Virus record (IMG/VR): IMGVR_UViG_3300015262_000002
Span: 1 to 39,827 of that record
Reading direction: 5' to 3' (one strand)
From: a virus
Taxonomy: Duplodnaviria; Heunggongvirae; Uroviricota; Caudoviricetes
Length of the DNA: 39,827 nt
The notes under the pieces are model-generated. The model was given only the letters and a program-made list of their open reading frames with translations, did not search any database and was not told the origin of the DNA. Made by a program: the position numbers and the translations under genes. Positions 8,660 through 16,271 of this stretch are shown here, piece after piece. How positions within the stretch are numbered: the first letter of the stretch is position 1; each line of letters opens with the position of its first letter.

Positions 8660-8983
8660 ATGACTACAATTGGCCAAGTAGCTGACAAGATTGTTAAAGA
8701 TCGTCTTGACCTTGATTATGTCAAGGACTGTGGTAAGAATACTGTCGGTGAAGTGTACCAAGCTGAATATGGTTATAATGGTTTGACTGATACATCCTGC
8801 AAAGACTATTTGCAAGGACTTCCATCGTTGTGTACAGTTCCGTTCTATAACAATGAAATCCTAGAAATCCTTAAAGAAAACGGAATCACAGTCAAATCTG
8901 AGAAAGCACAACAGACATTGCTTGACAAATACTGGCAAGCGTGTGGTGCTGCGCTTCACAAATACATTCGGCGTGAAAAATAA
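8660..8983 (+). CDS. Hypothetical early protein (YLQGLPS motif)
   Basis: ORF between two promoters. Confidence 0.75.
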   Translation: MTTIGQVADKIVKDRLDLDYVKDCGKNTVGEVYQAEYGYNGLTDTSCKDYLQGLPSLCTVPFYNNEILEILKENGITVKSEKAQQTLLDKYWQACGAALHKYIRREK

Positions 8984-8986
8984 AGC

Positions 8987-9014
8987 TTGACCATTTCTCT
9001 AAACCTGCTAGAAT
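8987..9014 (+). promoter_or_regulatory. Early promoter, 16-bp spacer
   Basis: TTGACC-N16-TAGAAT. Confidence 0.8.
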
Positions 9015-9063
9015 TACCACACAAGGGAGGCAAATAGCCTCCCAAATCAAAGGAAGTAAAGCA

Positions 9064-9270
9064 ATGTTGATCTTCAATTATGAAACCAAGAAGGTAATGA
9101 AAGAAGCTATTGGTCAACCGTTGAAATACACTGAAACTTCTATGTTCGGTCCTGAATACAAAATGGACGGTGTGATGGTTGGTTGCAATCGTCCACACTT
9201 GACAGGCTACAAACGTGAGTTTTTCGCTGAGATAACTGTAAAAGATGGTAAGATCGTAAAAGTCAAGTAA
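9064..9270 (+). CDS. Small conserved-looking phage protein (ETSMFGPEY / NRP / REFFA motifs)
   Basis: AAGGA SD; motif recalled from many phages, function unknown. Confidence 0.75.
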   Translation: MLIFNYETKKVMKEAIGQPLKYTETSMFGPEYKMDGVMVGCNRPHLTGYKREFFAEITVKDGKIVKVK

Positions 9271-9293
9271 CGTAAATTATTGATTATAGAGTG

Positions 9294-9322
9294 TTGACAG
9301 CGTTAGCACTCTATGACAAGAT
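9294..9322 (+). promoter_or_regulatory. Probable promoter within hairpin
   Basis: TTGACA-N17-CAAGAT with TGn; ATAGAGTG/CACTCTAT arms. Confidence 0.55.
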
Positions 9323-9363
9323 ACTTACCACAAGCAAGACAACTTCTCTAAAGGAATACGATC

Positions 9364-9702
9364 ATGAAATCCGAACAATTCTGGAATGTTGACAACGTTA
9401 AAACTTTCAAAGGCTTCGACGTTAACAATGGTGAAGTGTCTGTATCTGAAAGTGAATATGTAGATTATCTTGATGAGGTTTACGGTGACGTGCAAGTGTG
9501 TGGTATGACTTTCGGTTCTGGTAGTCTTTTGCAAGATGCTGATCCTACTGCTTTCCGTTGCGGTAAAGGTGATTACGAAAGCAGTTTGCAATCGGAACTC
9601 GAAGAACAGTTGGAAAACGAAGATTCAAGTGATATTGATTTTGTTGAAGGTGATGAGGACGACCTTGACGACGAAGAAGACGAAGAAAGCGACGACGAAT
9701 AA
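9364..9702 (+). CDS. Highly acidic early protein (candidate DNA mimic)
   Basis: 37 D/E versus 5 K/R in 112 aa. Confidence 0.8.
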   Translation: MKSEQFWNVDNVKTFKGFDVNNGEVSVSESEYVDYLDEVYGDVQVCGMTFGSGSLLQDADPTAFRCGKGDYESSLQSELEEQLENEDSSDIDFVEGDEDDLDDEEDEESDDE

Positions 9703-9784
9703 CAGTTGATTTATAGGAGCGCCCAGCGTTGGGCGTTCTTAGTAAGTCAATTGACTTAATACAAACGGACTAATGAGGTGTAAC

Positions 9785-10033
9785 ATGGCTATTCGTGAAT
9801 TATTGAAATATGAAACAGTTGACGGTATGTTACATGACACCGAATCGGCTGCAACTATCCACTATGTTACATTGCTAGAAAATGAATTCGGAAAACTTAT
9901 CGACCAACTTACAATCGGAATGGGGTCTATTGGTCCAAGTGACCGGCTGAAAATGCTCAAGAATGCAATGGGTGACCGTGCTAATGCCATTAATATAATG
10001 GCATCAATAATTAACACGGTTGAATTTGAGTAA
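9785..10033 (+). CDS. Hypothetical protein
   Basis: GAGGTG SD before ATG 9785. Confidence 0.7.
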   Translation: MAIRELLKYETVDGMLHDTESAATIHYVTLLENEFGKLIDQLTIGMGSIGPSDRLKMLKNAMGDRANAINIMASIINTVEFE

Positions 10034-10134
10034 TGGCTATTCTAAAACGTAAGAAGAAATGTATGGGTTGTGGTGCTATGTTTAGTAATTACCCCGGTAT
10101 GTTTTGCCGTTACTGTCATGTAAAGGAAGATTGA
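10033..10134 (+). CDS. 33-aa Zn-finger-like peptide (CxxC...CxxC, not in track)
   Basis: TAATG overlap; CMGC and CRYC. Confidence 0.6.
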   Translation: MAILKRKKKCMGCGAMFSNYPGMFCRYCHVKED

Positions 10135-10137
10135 ATC

Positions 10138-10470
10138 ATGGCGAATGAACATACACCGTTTGTACGGTCCTGTGTGGCTCTATGGCTTGCTGGAACAGTA
10201 CAGACGCAATGGTCTGTAGCTGATGTGATATATGACCTTAAAGAGAAGCACACGAGCTTAGACGGCGTTGATGTGTCCAAGGCTGTCAGCAATGAACTGG
10301 TAAGGCTTGAGTACATTGGTAAGCTGATAAGCACACAAGGTAGTTTAGAGGATGGTTGTGGGGTTGGTCGTCCTCCTCGTGTCTATCGTCGTCGTACATG
10401 CCCACAACTGATGTCCGTATTCCTTAAAACACCGACGAATGGTAGTGTACAACAGTTCCAAACGTGCTAA
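10138..10470 (+). CDS. Putative winged-HTH DNA-binding protein
   Basis: Helical core then GRPPRVYR wing-like motif. Confidence 0.5.
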   Translation: MANEHTPFVRSCVALWLAGTVQTQWSVADVIYDLKEKHTSLDGVDVSKAVSNELVRLEYIGKLISTQGSLEDGCGVGRPPRVYRRRTCPQLMSVFLKTPTNGSVQQFQTC

Positions 10471-10532
10471 TCTACAAACGTACAAAGACAGCATGAAAGT
10501 TCGCAGTAGCTGCCTGTAATGACTCTTAACTG

Positions 10533-10802
10533 ATGATTATTGAGGTTTGCCAAATGGATATTCGTGAATACAAGAAACACCGTGTAGCTTTGCGTAACAG
10601 CGCTATGAGCATGAGTGTTGATGGTCTGCAAGAGAGTATCAAAGCTGACTGGAAAGAGCCTCAATGGCCTAGTGTGCTGTTTGACGCCATGAATGATGCA
10701 CTTGAGCGCAAGATGGGTAAACGCGCTTATGCTGTATGGTTTAACAACCTGTCAACTGTTGTAGAGAACACCGAAGAGAGTGTAGAGGTAGCACAGCCAT
10801 GA
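10533..10802 (+). CDS. Hypothetical protein
   Basis: Packed ORF; start uncertain. Confidence 0.65.
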   Translation: MIIEVCQMDIREYKKHRVALRNSAMSMSVDGLQESIKADWKEPQWPSVLFDAMNDALERKMGKRAYAVWFNNLSTVVENTEESVEVAQP

Positions 10803-11044
10803 AAAAGCTTTGCACATACAGCAGTAACGTACACACTCACAGTTCACAGGTTGATCGTATAGCACGTATATACGAAAGTGAAACACCAGTGTTTAAAGGT
10901 TGTCGCTTTGAAGTTAGTACACACTCTGGTGGCGTTGGTGTTGATTGGGACTTTAAACCATTCAAGACCTTGCAAGATGCGCAATGCTACGCGCTTCAGT
11001 TTATTGCACCGTCACACATTCTTTGCAAATTCAAACCGGACTAA
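10799..11044 (+). CDS. Hypothetical protein
   Basis: ATGA-coupled. Confidence 0.65.
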   Translation: MKKLCTYSSNVHTHSSQVDRIARIYESETPVFKGCRFEVSTHSGGVGVDWDFKPFKTLQDAQCYALQFIAPSHILCKFKPD

Positions 11045-11262
11045 TGACCATGATTCTCACACCTAAACAAGCCACAATCCGTATCCGTAAACACCTTAAC
11101 AAAGGTAACGGAATATACATTGATGGTCGTTACTATGATGTCCGTGTAAAGGACGGTGTTCTACAGGTTAGCGATTGGAATAGCTGGTTTGACGTTAAAG
11201 ACGGTGCAGAGTTTCGTGGTTCGCATGGTGAACAGTTATTTATTTATGAAATGGTTAAATAA
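11044..11262 (+). CDS. Hypothetical protein
   Basis: TAATG-coupled; start trimmed. Confidence 0.65.
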   Translation: MTMILTPKQATIRIRKHLNKGNGIYIDGRYYDVRVKDGVLQVSDWNSWFDVKDGAEFRGSHGEQLFIYEMVK

Positions 11263-11266
11263 ACGC

Positions 11267-11294
11267 TTGACACCTTTTCTGAAAGCTGTAGAAT
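11267..11294 (+). promoter_or_regulatory. Early promoter, 16-bp spacer, bracketed by 9-bp inverted repeat
   Basis: TTGACA-N16-TAGAAT; CTTGACACC/GGTGTCAAG. Confidence 0.85.
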
Positions 11295-11339
11295 GGGTGT
11301 CAAGAAGGGAGAAAAGGTTCTCCCGAAGGAGATAAGACG

Positions 11340-11570
11340 ATGGATATTCAAACAGCAAAGAAAATCGGTGAGATCATGGAGACAGCAGCCGAACTTTATC
11401 GCACAAGCGATAATACTCAGTTTGCCAGTGATATGACTTTTGATGAATGTGTTGGTCGCACCTTCTGGAAATCGTTTGATCGATATGAACAAAGCGCATT
11501 AATGCAATGGGTTTATACTGACCTTTGTGATATGGGTTTCACGCCATTAGAGCGTTATCAGAATTACTAG
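11340..11570 (+). CDS. Hypothetical protein
   Basis: AAGGAG SD. Confidence 0.75.
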   Translation: MDIQTAKKIGEIMETAAELYRTSDNTQFASDMTFDECVGRTFWKSFDRYEQSALMQWVYTDLCDMGFTPLERYQNY

Positions 11571-11623
11571 ACAACCGCCCCTTAATTGGGGCTTAGTCAG
11601 TATAACTAAAGGGAGTTTACAAC

Positions 11624-11875
11624 ATGTCAATCTGGGCAACCATCGCAGTAGTTTGCACAATGTCAGCTTGTAATGATTATGTGATCGATACAGCACAGAA
11701 CGTGCAAGATGCGAACACTAACACCCATGCACAAGATGATCGTTTTCTAGCCTTGTGGGGTGATGAAAAGTTGTTGACCGATTGGCTCACAGAGTTTAAG
11801 ATTGGTGAGACTGTTTTCGAAATCGTCTCGCTTGAAATGGAAACGAAAGAAATTGTAGAGGATGATGCACCATGA
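11624..11875 (+). CDS. Hypothetical exported/lipoprotein-like protein
   Basis: GGAG SD; hydrophobic N-terminus ending MSAC. Confidence 0.65.
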   Translation: MSIWATIAVVCTMSACNDYVIDTAQNVQDANTNTHAQDDRFLALWGDEKLLTDWLTEFKIGETVFEIVSLEMETKEIVEDDAP

Positions 11876-12057
11876 TGCCTTGGGAACAGTTTACACAACT
11901 GATAATAATTATTCTCATTGGTTTAGCTGTTGCGGTTGGTGTTCTCATGTACCTTGATGGGTATTGGACTGCTGAAAGGGTTGACAAACGGCGGTTAAAT
12001 GCTAATACCTTTTCGGCGATCGACAGACGCCACCAGATGAAAAGAATGCAAAAATAA
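11872..12057 (+). CDS. Small single-TM protein
   Basis: ATGA-coupled; hydrophobic run then basic tail. Confidence 0.65.
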   Translation: MMPWEQFTQLIIIILIGLAVAVGVLMYLDGYWTAERVDKRRLNANTFSAIDRRHQMKRMQK

Positions 12058-12070
12058 TTTACTTATTCTG

Positions 12071-12098
12071 TTGACTTCTTGTCAGTACCTGCTAGAAT
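12071..12098 (+). promoter_or_regulatory. Early promoter, 16-bp spacer
   Basis: TTGACT-N16-TAGAAT. Confidence 0.8.
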
Positions 12099-12131
12099 CA
12101 TAAGTAAGGAAAACAACAAAAGAGGTGTAAC

Positions 12132-12236
12132 ATGGATAAGGAATTAGTTAGAACATTGTGGTATGTACTTGCAATCGATGTGCTTATTGTGATGATTGCA
12201 GTTATGCATCACTTCCCTAAACCACCGGTAATGTAA
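12132..12236 (+). CDS. 34-aa membrane peptide (not in track)
   Basis: GAGGTG SD; hydrophobic core. Confidence 0.65.
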   Translation: MDKELVRTLWYVLAIDVLIVMIAVMHHFPKPPVM

Positions 12237-12298
12237 TAATATGAAAGCTCATAACTTCCTTAATGTAATAATATGAAAGCTCATAACTTCCTTAATGT
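12229..12298 (+). repeat. Perfect 32-bp tandem duplication
   Basis: TAATGTAATAATATGAAAGCTCATAACTTCCT x2 plus TAATGT. Confidence 0.95.
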
Positions 12299-12467
12299 GT
12301 TCAATATTGCAAAAGCACAGTATCTTCTGGAAAATAACCTAGATTATGCTGCTATGTCCGACGATCTTGTTATGGTAGTTGCACATGACAATACAGTGTG
12401 GATATGTAAGGATGACGGTGTTAGTTGTGCGCTTAATGCATTAAAGTTGGTACAACGTATTGTTTAA
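12273..12467 (+). CDS. Hypothetical protein
   Basis: ORF starting in second repeat copy. Confidence 0.65.
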   Translation: MKAHNFLNVFNIAKAQYLLENNLDYAAMSDDLVMVVAHDNTVWICKDDGVSCALNALKLVQRIV

Positions 12468-12533
12468 GTACATTGTCAGAAAGTTCTAAGAACTAATAAG
12501 AACTTTCGAGCAATGTACTAGAAGGTATTAGGT

Positions 12534-12695
12534 ATGTATGTTAGTTTAATGAACTTAGTTATTATTGCTTTTCTTGCACTTGTGTGGTCTACAAGTAGTT
12601 GGTTAAACTATTTGATTAAGTTTGGTCTAATTTGTGCAACAGCTGTGAATACGGTTGTTCTATTAAAAACCCTCGGTTATATCGTGCAAGTCTAA
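12534..12695 (+). CDS. 53-aa two-TM peptide (not in track)
   Basis: Manual translation; hydrophobic throughout. Confidence 0.55.
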   Translation: MYVSLMNLVIIAFLALVWSTSSWLNYLIKFGLICATAVNTVVLLKTLGYIVQV

Positions 12696-12705
12696 GGAGA
12701 TAAAA

Positions 12706-12861
12706 GTGTCTAATATGTATCGTGTGGCAATGACTGACAGTATTGATGGTAATAAGTTTACCTTTGCTATTGTTTATCCAGCGCGTAATGCAAACGAAGC
12801 TGGTAAGTTGGCGATTAATGAATAGGCTTTGCCTATTGTTTCAACTCGTCAGGTGATATAA
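12706..12861 (+). pseudogene. Small ORF with in-frame TAG at 12823-12825 (possible nonsense lesion)
   Basis: AAGGAG SD, GTG start; frame continues to a TAA forming TAATG. Confidence 0.45.
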
Positions 12862-12864
12862 TGT

Positions 12865-12975
12865 TTGTCAGACAACGAACTAAAGAGCCTGTTGCAACTC
12901 GTACACCCTGATAAACATGGTGGTAAAGAGAGTGCAAAGGTTATTACTCAAAAGATTAACAGTCTTCGGAGTTAA
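12865..12975 (+). CDS. 36-aa miniature J-domain-like peptide (HPDKHGG)
   Basis: LLQLVHPDKHGGKESAKVITQKIN; TTG start after AGGTG SD. Confidence 0.5.
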   Translation: MSDNELKSLLQLVHPDKHGGKESAKVITQKINSLRS

Positions 12976-12977
12976 TT

Positions 12978-13142
12978 ATGTTGGTTATGAAACGAAGCGG
13001 TAAACCATTCAAGTGTGGTAAGATAGTTGCGTCAGTGGTTGGTTACACTATCAACGAACAATGCCCTAAACGCTCTAAGGCTGCTGTCATTCAAGATGGA
13101 ACAGTAGTTAATCTAAACCGACTGATTTATAATTGTAAATAA
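12978..13142 (+). CDS. 54-aa hypothetical protein (not in track)
   Basis: GGAG SD; KRSGKPFK motif. Confidence 0.6.
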   Translation: MLVMKRSGKPFKCGKIVASVVGYTINEQCPKRSKAAVIQDGTVVNLNRLIYNCK

Positions 13143-13151
13143 AGGTGTTGT

Positions 13152-13466
13152 ATGAAAACTTCTGAAATTCTGGTAAATGCTCGTGCTTTGATTGCAAACC
13201 CTTTGCACTGGATGCAAGGCGACTATATAAAAGAGGCTGAGAATGAGCCTACCTGTTATTGTTCATTGGGTGCCATTGGTAAAGTGGTTGGTGTTGACTG
13301 GTATGGTGAGGTTAACAATATGATGGCTGCTAAGCTTCTAGCACGTGTTGTAGAAGGTGAAATACCAGCAGACCACACCTTTGCACCATACAACGACAGT
13401 CACACTCATACCGAAGTATTGGTAGCCTTTGATAAGGCAATTGCACTGGCTTTAACCACTGAATAA
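13152..13466 (+). CDS. DUF6197-like phage protein
   Basis: W-x-QG ... CYCSLGAI ... YND ... EV-x-x-x-FD-x-AI pattern. Confidence 0.6.
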   Translation: MKTSEILVNARALIANPLHWMQGDYIKEAENEPTCYCSLGAIGKVVGVDWYGEVNNMMAAKLLARVVEGEIPADHTFAPYNDSHTHTEVLVAFDKAIALALTTE

Positions 13467-13470
13467 CCAT

Positions 13471-13486
13471 TGTTCCACGTGAAACA
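13471..13486. promoter_or_regulatory. parS: parS-consensus palindrome, copy 1
   Basis: TGTTCCACGTGAAACA fits TGTTNCACGTGNAACA. Confidence 0.75.
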
Positions 13487-13490
13487 CTAG

Positions 13491-13516
13491 AGCCCCGCTT
13501 TGTCGGGGCTTTCCTT
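13491..13516 (+). terminator. Rho-independent terminator
   Basis: AGCCCCG-CTTTGT-CGGGGCT then TTCCTT. Confidence 0.8.
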
Positions 13517-13552
13517 CGTCTACATTTTCTTTCAAACGTCTGAAAATAAAGC

Positions 13553-13580
13553 TTGCAACCTTTTCTAAAGCGTGTAGAAT
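13553..13580 (+). promoter_or_regulatory. Early promoter, 16-bp spacer
   Basis: TTGCAA-N16-TAGAAT. Confidence 0.8.
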
Positions 13581-13629
13581 TAACCATACCAGAGAGGAAA
13601 AACCCTCTCGAACAACAAAGGTGACGAAC

Positions 13630-13995
13630 ATGAACAAAGTCTGGAAGTTCACAGCAGAACAAAAGCGTCAAATCCGTGAAGCAGCACAGAAAGCCAGCGG
13701 TTTTAAACGTGTGAAGCTTGAAGCTGGACAACGTGTTTCAACTGTGAATACAGGCGCTGACTTCAAGGTTTCCACCAACAGTATATTGGTGGATGATTCT
13801 CCAGACTTTTGCAGTAAGTCTGACTTGTGGGACCAGCAAGATTGGGCTTTCATTGTCAAACATGGTGTAGAGTTGACCGATGACGGTCGGGCATTTGTTG
13901 ACTTTTACGTATACAGTGTTGGTGATTATGGTCAACTTGAAACGAATATCGGTGTGTATTACGCTGACGGTAAAATCCAACGAATTAAAGTTTGA
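13630..13995 (+). CDS. Hypothetical protein
   Basis: AAGGTG SD before ATG 13630. Confidence 0.75.
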   Translation: MNKVWKFTAEQKRQIREAAQKASGFKRVKLEAGQRVSTVNTGADFKVSTNSILVDDSPDFCSKSDLWDQQDWAFIVKHGVELTDDGRAFVDFYVYSVGDYGQLETNIGVYYADGKIQRIKV

Positions 13996-14003
13996 GGTGT
14001 AAC

Positions 14004-14357
14004 ATGACCGTATATTACGAGTGGGATGTAGAAGAAGTTGCAAATGCTGACATGACTTCTTGTGGTCAAGACTTTGCAAAAGATGATGTCATGGAACACT
14101 GGCACCAGACATCATATAAAGACTGCTTAGAATTCATTGCCAAAAATCCACCAGAACAGAACGTCCGTTATGATACCGTTCTAGTTCGTGATGACGACGA
14201 CAGACGAGCATGGGCGTATATGAGTGACGGTGAGCTTGACGACTGGTGTTGTGATGCTGACGGGATTGAATACCGAAAAGTTCCTAAACGGTATCATGAT
14301 GAGGTGAAAAGAATTCAAAATAAACCGTTGACGCCTATTCTAAAACCTGTAGACTAG
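14004..14357 (+). CDS. Hypothetical acidic protein
   Basis: GAGGTG SD; 3' end overlaps next promoter. Confidence 0.75.
   Translation: MTVYYEWDVEEVANADMTSCGQDFAKDDVMEHWHQTSYKDCLEFIAKNPPEQNVRYDTVLVRDDDDRRAWAYMSDGELDDWCCDADGIEYRKVPKRYHDEVKRIQNKPLTPILKPVD
14328..14355 (+). promoter_or_regulatory. Early promoter, 16-bp spacer
   Basis: TTGACG-N16-TAGACT. Confidence 0.75.
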
Positions 14358-14384
14358 GCTCATCCAAACAACTGAGGTTGCAAC

Positions 14385-14456
14385 ATGACTTACGTTCTCT
14401 GCTCTCTGATGACAATTCTCGTATGCATAGCAGTCTGGTCTGTTGTAACCATCTAA
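14385..14456 (+). CDS. 23-aa membrane peptide (not in track)
   Basis: GAGGT SD directly behind promoter. Confidence 0.55.
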   Translation: MTYVLCSLMTILVCIAVWSVVTI

Positions 14457-14463
14457 TCGGAAT

Positions 14464-14790
14464 ATGAACATGTTGTTAGTCAAGATTGAAAAGTACCGCA
14501 CACACTGGTCACTGCGAATGCTTGCAGGTAAAGATAAAGGGTTACTTGTGTCAACCTGTTTTGATTCCGAAGAAGAAACCAGTACATATGCCGCTTCTCA
14601 AGTGTATGAGCTTGTAAGGAGTACAGCACTCTATAAGCGAATTGAAATCGTCAAAGGTGTGTGGAACAGTATGTTTTATGCCTTCGACCTTGACGGTAAT
14701 CAGGTACTGACTGATTACCGTTTCAGGACTGAGAAGGCATTGAAGGACATTATTGATTGGCACATTGACTGTCTAGAAAGAGGTGTGTAA
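14464..14790 (+). CDS. Hypothetical protein
   Basis: Packed ORF. Confidence 0.7.
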   Translation: MNMLLVKIEKYRTHWSLRMLAGKDKGLLVSTCFDSEEETSTYAASQVYELVRSTALYKRIEIVKGVWNSMFYAFDLDGNQVLTDYRFRTEKALKDIIDWHIDCLERGV

Positions 14791-15158
14791 TGTCATCCAA
14801 AACAATATTTACTTTGTCAATGGTTATTTGTATGAATATATGTGCGGCACCTTATTACGGACCGGTCAACATTAACGGTATGACCGTACCCGGTAACATT
14901 GATTTAAATGCACGTCCAACAGTTCACAACCAAGATGGATCAATTAGCACAGTTCGAAGTATATCTGTGAACTTTGGACATGGTGAAACACTCATTCCAA
15001 CGGTTGCCGATGACGGCTCACATGTCCTATCTGATCAAGAAGCCATTGCTCAATATCGTCACACTGGTCAACATCTTGGAACATTTGACAGCATAGAGTC
15101 AGCTGATAAATATGCTCAGTCATTGCACGAACAACAGGCCATACAATACCTAAAATAA
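14790..15158 (+). CDS. Signal-peptide protein carrying a [21 protein letters not shown] domain
   Basis: GAGGTG SD; hydrophobic N-terminus. Confidence 0.75.
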   Translation: MSSKTIFTLSMVICMNICAAPYYGPVNINGMTVPGNIDLNARPTVHNQDGSISTVRSISVNFGHGETLIPTVADDGSHVLSDQEAIAQYRHTGQHLGTFDSIESADKYAQSLHEQQAIQYLK

Positions 15159-15174
15159 AGATTTGACCATACAG

Positions 15175-15196
15175 AAAGCCCTTGATTGGGGCTTTT
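15175..15196 (+). terminator. Rho-independent terminator
   Basis: AAAGCCC...GGGCTTT then T. Confidence 0.75.
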
Positions 15197-15215
15197 GCCT
15201 ATGTGTTAATATTCC

Positions 15216-15243
15216 TTGCATATCTGTCATATACTGATAGAAT
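15216..15243 (+). promoter_or_regulatory. Promoter, 16-bp spacer, no credible ORF downstream
   Basis: TTGCAT-N16-TAGAAT with TGn. Confidence 0.7.
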
Positions 15244-15301
15244 ATTGTCATGGTGTGGAATTTAGCACGAGACAAACAGAGAGAGTGGGCAACGTTCCTA
15301 G

Positions 15302-15354
15302 TTGGCATGATAATAGCATACAGTATAGAGAACAGAGTTGGCACGCTTCTTGGT
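15302..15354 (+). promoter_or_regulatory. Two tandem sigma54-like -24/-12 motifs
   Basis: TTGGCATGATAATAGCA (GG-N10-GC) and TTGGCACGCTTCTTGGT. Confidence 0.45.
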
Positions 15355-15472
15355 ACGACGTTTTAATCCAAAAGACATGGCAGTGTGAAGGGTAGGTTAT
15401 AACGTCGCTCAAAACGCATTACAGAGCGTTGTAGAGCCTATGAATTCTTTTCTAAAAGATTGAAAATAATAC

Positions 15473-15500
15473 TTGCATGGTTTTCTAAACACTGTAGAAT
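15473..15500 (+). promoter_or_regulatory. Early promoter, 16-bp spacer
   Basis: TTGCAT-N16-TAGAAT. Confidence 0.8.
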
Positions 15501-15550
15501 TGAACACATAGAGAGGCAAAACAGCCACTCAAACAGCTCAAGGTGACAAC

Positions 15551-15814
15551 ATGAACATGATCAAAACCGTAGCAAACACTCACGAACTGCAAAACGGTGA
15601 TGTGATCTTTAATTGTGGTGTTTACTTCATTCTGTCAGACCGCAAAGAGTGGCCAATGACTGGTGATGATAAGGTTGAAAATGGTTGTGTGGTCACCTTG
15701 AAAGGTAATCCAGTTGGTGAGGTTGAACACCACAATTTTCCAGTTAGTTGGCTCAAAGACTACAGTATCCAAGGCAACAAACGTGCAACATGGTGCAAAA
15801 TCACCGCTGAATAA
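15551..15814 (+). CDS. Hypothetical protein
   Basis: AAGGTG SD. Confidence 0.75.
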   Translation: MNMIKTVANTHELQNGDVIFNCGVYFILSDRKEWPMTGDDKVENGCVVTLKGNPVGEVEHHNFPVSWLKDYSIQGNKRATWCKITAE

Positions 15815-15819
15815 AGTTG

Positions 15820-15848
15820 TTGCACTGTGGGTGTGGAGTCGATACAAT
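15820..15848 (+). promoter_or_regulatory. sigma70 promoter
   Basis: TTGCAC-N17-TACAAT. Confidence 0.7.
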
Positions 15849-15881
15849 GGCTTCACAACCACACAAAACCGAGTAAATATC

Positions 15882-15989
15882 ATGGGAAGTTACAAGGAAG
15901 CTCTGGTAGACTTAGCTCTTTTGATTGTCACTCTAGTCGTCGGCGGTTTGATTGTTCTCATGCTTATAGATGTTGCTCAAAGTCTATAA
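15882..15989 (+). CDS. 35-aa membrane peptide
   Basis: Start trimmed; single hydrophobic helix. Confidence 0.6.
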   Translation: MGSYKEALVDLALLIVTLVVGGLIVLMLIDVAQSL

Positions 15990-15997
15990 ATAAAAGC

Positions 15998-16033
15998 TTG
16001 TACATAGAGCATTCTCTAAGGTAGAATGCTCTA
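15998..16033 (+). promoter_or_regulatory. Promoter with 11-bp inverted repeat over -10
   Basis: TTGTAC-N18-TAGAAT; TAGAGCATTCT/AGAATGCTCTA. Confidence 0.65.
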
Positions 16034-16058
16034 ACACCAACCAATGAGGTACAGCGAC

Positions 16059-16268
16059 ATGACTAAGACCAAATCCTACTACAGCCTCCTGATTCTTCAA
16101 GATGGCAAGTGGTGCATCCATTTTGGTGATTATGACCGTCAAGTGGTAGAGGATGAAAAGCAAGATTTTCAAGAAGGTTATGGTGCAGCCTGTAAGATGA
16201 AAATCATTAGCACTGGCGATAGTCAGGCCGCGATTGACGCTAAAGTTTTCGAATTAAACAGTAAATAA
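16059..16268 (+). CDS. Hypothetical protein (W-x-IHFGDYDR motif)
   Basis: GAGGT SD before ATG 16059. Confidence 0.75.
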   Translation: MTKTKSYYSLLILQDGKWCIHFGDYDRQVVEDEKQDFQEGYGAACKMKIISTGDSQAAIDAKVFELNSK

Positions 16269-16271
16269 AGT

